Source of the DNA: the human T2T-CHM13v2.0 reference genome, Homo sapiens
Assembly (NCBI RefSeq): GCF_009914755.1
Contig: NC_060927.1
Length of the DNA stretch: 64,000 nucleotides
Reading direction: 5' to 3' (one strand)
The notes below the pieces were generated by a model. That model saw only the letters and a program-made list of their open reading frames with translations. It ran no database searches and had not been told where the DNA came from. Positions within the stretch are counted from its first letter, which is position 1. The number at the start of each line of letters is the position of its first letter. Below are positions 58,497 to 64,000 of the stretch, one piece after another. The translations under genes and the position numbers were made by a program.

Positions 58497-61400
58497 ATTT
58501 CTGCCTATTCAATATGATAATGGCTATGGGTTTGTCATAAATAGCTCTTATTATTATGAGATATGGTCCATCAATACCTAGTTTATTGAGAGTTAACATA
58601 AAGGAATGTTGAATTTTATCAAAGGCCTGTTCTGCATCTATTGAAGTAATCATGTGTTTTTTGTCTTTGGTTTTGTTTATGTGATGGATTGTATTTATTG
58701 ATTTGCATATGTTTGAACCAGCCTTGCATCCCAGGGATAAAGCTGACTTAATGGTGGTGGGTAAGCTTTTTGATGTACTGCTGGATTCCGTTTGCCAGTA
58801 TTTTATTGAGGATTTTCACATTGACGTTCATCAGGGATATTGGTCTGAAGTTTTCTTTTTCTGGTGTGTCTCTTCCCAGTTTTGGTATCAGGATGATGCT
58901 GGCTTCATAAAATGACTTACGGAGGAATTTCTCCTTTTCCATCGTTTGGAATAGTTTCAGAAGGAATGTTACCAGCTCCTCTTTGTACATGTGGTAGAAT
59001 TCAGCTGTGAATCCATCTGGTCCTGGGCTTTTTTTGGTCAGTAGGCTATTAATTACTGCCTCAATTTCAGAACTTGTTATTGGTCTATTCAGGAATTCAA
59101 CTTCTTCCTGATTTAATCTTGGGAAGGTGTATGTGTCCAGGAATTTATTCATTTCTTCTAGATTTTCTAGCTGACTTGCAGAGGTGTTTAGAGTATTCTC
59201 TGATGGGAGTTGGTATTTCTGTGGAGTCTATCAATTTTTATTGTATCTATTTGATTCTTCCCTCTGTTATTCTTTATTATTCTAGCTGGCAGTCTATTTA
59301 TTTTGTTAATTTTTTCAAAACACCAGATCCTGGATTCATTGTTTTTGAAGAGTTTTTATTTCTCTAGCTCCTTCAGTTCTGCTCTGATCTTAGTTATTTC
59401 TTGTCTTCTTCTAGCTTTTGAATTCGTTTGCTCTTGCCTTTCTAGCTTTTTTAATTGTGATGTTAGGGTATGAATTTTAGATCTTTCCTGCTTTCTGATG
59501 TGGGCATTTAGTGATATAAATTTCCCCCTTAACACTGCTGTAGCTGTGTCCCAGAGATTCTGGTACATTGTCTCTTTGTTCCCATTGGTTTCAAAGAACT
59601 TCTTGATTTCTGCCTTAATTTCATTGTTTACCCAGGAGTCATTCAGGAGCAGGTTGTTCAGTCTCCATGTAATTGTGTAGTTTTGAGTGAGTTTCTTAAT
59701 CCTGAGCTCTAGTTTGGCTGCACTGAGGTCTGAGAGACTGTTTGTTATAATTTCAGTTCTTTCGCATTTGCTGAGGAGTGTTTTACTTTCAATTATGTGG
59801 CTTGTTTTAGAATGAGTGCCATGTGGCACTGAGAAGAATGTATATTCTGTTGATTTGGGTTGGAGAGTTCTGTAGATGTCTATTAGATCCACTTGATCCA
59901 GAGACGAGTTCAAGTCCTGAATACCTTTGTTAATTTTCTGTCTCCTTGATCTTTCTAATATTGACAGTGGGGTGTTAAAGTCTACCACTATTATTGTGTG
60001 GGAGCCTAAGTCTCTTTGTAGGTCTCTAAGAACTCATTTTATGAAACTGGGTGCTACTGTAGTGGGTGCATATACATTTAGAATAGTTAGCTCTTCTTGT
60101 TGAATTGTTCCCTTTACCATTATGTAATGCCCTTCTTTGTCTTTATTTTTATCTTTGTTGGTTTAAAGTCTGTTTTGTCAGAGACTAGGATCGCAACTCC
60201 TGCTTTTTTTTTTCTTTCCATTTGTTTGGTAAATTTTCCTTCATCTCTTTATTTTGAGCCTGTGTGTGTCACTGCACATAAGATGGGTTTCCTGAATACA
60301 GCACACTGATGGGTCTTGACTCCGTATCCAATTTGCCAGTCTGTGTCTCTTAATTTGGGCATTTAGCCCATTTACATTTAAGGTTAATATTGTTATGTAT
60401 AAATTTGACCCTGTCATCATGATGCTATCTGGTTATTTTGCACACTAGGTGATGCAGGTTCTTTGTAGTGTCATTGGTCTTTATACTTTGGTGTGTTTTT
60501 GTAGTGGCTGGTACCAGTTTTTCCTTTCCATATTTAGTGCTTCTTTCAGGAGCTCTTGCAAGGCAGGCCTGGTGGGAATAAAATCCCTCAGCATTTGCTT
60601 GTCTGGAAAGAATTTTATTTCTTCCTTACTTATGAAGCTTAGTTTGGCTGGATATGAAATTCTGGGTTGAAAATTATTTTCCTTAACAATGCTGAATATT
60701 GGCCCCCAATCTCTGCTGAGAGATCCACTGTTAGTCTGATGGGCCTCCCTTTGTAGGTGACCTGGCCTTTCTTTCTGGCTGCCCTTGAAATGTTTTCCTT
60801 CATTTTGACCTCAGAGAATCTGATGATTATGTGTCTTGGGGTTGATCTTCTTGTGGAGTTTCTTAGTGGTGTTTTCTGTATTTCCTGAATTTGCATGTTG
60901 ACCTGTCTTGCTAGGTCAGGGAAGTTCTCCTGGGCAATATCCTGAAGTGTGTTTTCCAGCTTGTTTCCATTCTCCTCACCTCCTTCTGGTACTCCAATCA
61001 ATTGTAGGTTGGTCTTTTTACAAAGTCCCATATTTCTTGGAGGCTTTGTTCATTCGTTTGTATTCTTTTTTCTCTAGTCTTCTCTGCATGCCTTATTTCA
61101 GCAAGGTGGTCTTTGAACTCTTATATCCTTTCTTCCACTTGATCAATTTGGCTGTTGATACTTGTGTATGCTACATGAAGTTCTTGTGCTGTGTTTTTCA
61201 GCTCCATCAGGTCATTTATATTCCTCTCTAAATTGGTTATTCTAGTTAGCAGCTCCTCTAACCTTTTATCAAAGTTCTTAGCTTCTTTGCATTGGGTAGA
61301 ACATGCTCATTTAGCTCAGCATAGTTTTTTATTACTCATCTCCTGAAGCCTACTTCTGTCAAATCATCCATCTCATCCTCCATCCAGTTCTGCACCCTTG

Positions 61401-62726
61401 CTGGAGAGATGCTGCAATCACCTAGAGGAGAAGAGGCACTCTGGCCTTTTCGGTTTTCAGTGTTTTTTTTGTTGATTCTTTCTCATCTTCGTGGTTTGTC
61501 TAGGTTTGATCTCTGAGGCTGCTGACCCTTGGATGGGGCTTTTGTGGGGGCTTTTTGTTGTTGTTGTTGTTGTTGATACTGTTTATGTTGCTTTCTGTTT
61601 GTTTCTTTTTCTTTCAATGGTCAAGTCCCCCCTTCTGTAGGGCTGCTGCAGTTTGCTGGGGATTCACTTCAGGCTCTATTCATCTGGTTCACTCTTGTGC
61701 CTGGAGATGTCACTCAAGGAGGCTGGAGAAACAGCAAAGATGGGTGCCTGCTCCTTCTTCTGAGATCTCTGACCTCGATGAGCACCAACTTGATGCCGGT
61801 AGGATCACTCCTGTATAGGGTGTCTGACAACCTTTTTTGGAGGGTCTCATTCAGTTGGGTGGCACAGGGAACAGGATCTGCTTAACAAAGCATTTTGTCC
61901 CTTGGTGGAGGGGCTCCCTAGGGGCTCAGGCCCAGGGAGATCCAGGTTCTTTCCCTGAGCTCCTGGCTGGAGTTATTGGAGTTGCTGCAGGGAAGCCCCA
62001 CCCAGTGAGGAAGGATGAGTCAGGCTCAGGCCTGAAGAGGCACTCTGGCCACAGTTGGCCACAGCCAGTGTGCTGGGCTGTGGTGAACATGTCTTGGGAC
62101 CAAGTTGTCCAGCCTCCCTGGCTCCAGCAAGGGAAAAGCGTGGCCTGGAGCTATAGATATGAATGTCGCCCTTCCCCCACCCAGGGAGATTAGCATGTTA
62201 AGCAGTTGTGAGTCCCAGTGCTGGCTGCTGCCCCTCTCCCAAAGAGCTCAAAGGGCTTAGACAGCAGGCAGCTGCAGCTGTGGTGGTGGTCGCCCTTCCC
62301 CCCGGGAGCTCAGTAGGCTTCAGCAGATTCCAGCTGAGAGACCACTGAGAATCTGTGAGGCTCCAGGATTGGGACGCTGGGCCCCGGTGGTGTGGGTTCA
62401 TGCGTGCGATCTTCTGATCAGTGGATTGATCAGAGGATTGCCCAGTTCCGTGGAAAATGCATGGCTTCCCCAGCTGGGTAGCATGCTCACTCACTGCCTC
62501 CCTAGGCTGAGGGGTGGGGCTCCCCTACCCTGTGTGGCTCTCAGGTGAGCAGTACACCACTCTGCTCTTCCTCCTTCTCTGTGGATCACACCAGCCTCCT
62601 AGTCGGTTCTGATGAGAGAACCTAGATACCTTGGTTGCTGGTGAAGTATTCACATGCTTATGATGGTTCTTTCCGATGGGAGCCTCGATTGCTGCTGTTT
62701 CTAGTCAGCCATCTTGCCGCGTCCCG
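58497..62726 (-). mobile_element. 5'-intact, 3'-deleted L1 (L1PA7/PA8-era)
   Basis: 5' end 'gcggcaagatggctgactag' (YY1 core), 5' UTR of about 1.2 kb, ORF1 start at 61486 (remnant 60639-61031), ORF2 remnants at 59356-59988 and 58748-59152; ends within RT with no 3' UTR or poly(A). Confidence 0.92.
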
Positions 62727-62731
62727 CCTTG

Positions 62732-64000
62732 ACTCCTTTAAGCCAGAGGTTTCTAATTTACCCATATACATCAGAAACATCACTATAGCAGATATAGCAT
62801 TACAGAATGTATTTCTTAAATAGTAATATTTGAAAGTCAAAAATATTACTTGTACCCTGGGCTACAGAATGGATGTTGTGTTAACAGTCATGAAAATCAC
62901 ATTAATCTCTTTGTGTATTTCCATTAGAGCTCTTTGGTGCCCAGGTACATTGCCAATGAGTAGTAATATTATGAAGGTATCCTTTTCTCTGAGCAGTAGG
63001 TCTCAACAGAGTGCTTCAAATACTTAGTAAACCATGCTGTAAACAGATGTGCTGTCATCCAGGCATTCATCTTTCATTTCTAGAGCACAGGAAGAGTAAA
63101 TTTAGCATTTTCAGAATGAAAAGTGAATGTTGGCTGCAAATAGAGTCACTAGCTACATTAGCCTATAAAAAGAGAGTCTGTTCTTTAAAGCCTTGAAGCC
63201 AGGCATTGACTTCTCCTCTCTAGCTATGAAAGCCCTAGATAGCATCTTCTTGCAAGGTTGTTTTATCTACATGGAGAGTCTGTTCTTCAGTGCAGCCACC
63301 TTCATCAATGATCTTTCCTAGGTCCTTGCTGCAGCTTCTACATTAGCACTTGCTGCTTCAATTTGCATTGTTACTTTTCGGCAACAGTTTCTTTCCTTAA
63401 ACCTTAAGAACCAACCTCTGCTAGCTTCAAACATTTCTTTTGTGGCTTTTTCACCTCTCTCAGCCTTCCTATAATTGAAGAGTTAGGGCTCTGCCCTAGA
63501 TTAGGCTCTGGCTTAAGAGAATGTTGTGGCTGGTTTGATCTTCTATGCAGACCAGCAAAACTTTCTCCATGTCAGCAATAAAAGTGTTTTGCTTTCTTAT
63601 TTGTATGTTCACTGGAGCAGCACGTTTAATTTCCCTCAAGAACTTTTCCACTTGGCTAACTGGCACAAGAGGCATAGCTTTCGACCTCTCTTAGCTGTTT
63701 ACATGCTTTCCTCACTAAGCTTAATCATGCCTCACTTTTAATTTCAAGTGAGAGACTTGCAACTACCTTTCATTTGAACACTTAGAGACCATTGTAGGGT
63801 TATTAATTGGCATAATTTCAATATTGTTGAAATTAGGTAATAGGGATCCTCAAGGAGAGAAACAGAGCTGGAAAAACAGCCAGTGGATGGAGCATTCAGA
63901 ACACACACATTTATTAAGCTATTCAACATGTACGGGGACGGTTTGTGATGTTCCAAAACAATTATAATTTTAACATCAAAAATCACTGATCACACATCAC
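62732..64000 (-). mobile_element. Tigger1 (transposase region and 5' part), runs off the window
   Basis: 'atgtatttcttaaata...cagaatggatgttgtgtta...aaaccatgctgtaaacagatgtgctgtcatccagg...gaagccaggcattgacttctcc'. Confidence 0.95.

Overview
Primate (human-like) genomic DNA: AT-rich, repeat-dominated, intergenic or deep intronic. I find no intact protein-coding gene, RNA gene or CRISPR array. The long ORFs in the track are remnants of L1 ORF1/ORF2 or the THE1 internal ORF, or are Alu/LTR artefacts. Most of the window is layered transposon fossils: four Alus, four primate L1PA copies, a long L1MA, older L1M/L2/MIR pieces, many MaLR/ERVL LTRs (including a complete two-LTR THE1 element), an LTR-less MER4-group internal fragment, Tigger1 and Tigger3. 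The most interesting unexplained signal is at 56.6-62.7 kb. Three short minus-strand exon-like segments with canonical splice sites lie downstream of a 5'-intact L1 that has lost its 3' half and poly(A) but keeps its YY1 site and +97 splice donor. This could be an L1-promoted spliced transcript and/or an unprocessed pseudogene fragment. Other items include a chimeric AluY/AluS-J with an intact TSD, an old 100-bp duplication inside THE1-int, deletion scars and several local duplications and palindromes. Subfamily calls come from remembered consensus sequences, and boundaries of the old repeats are approximate.
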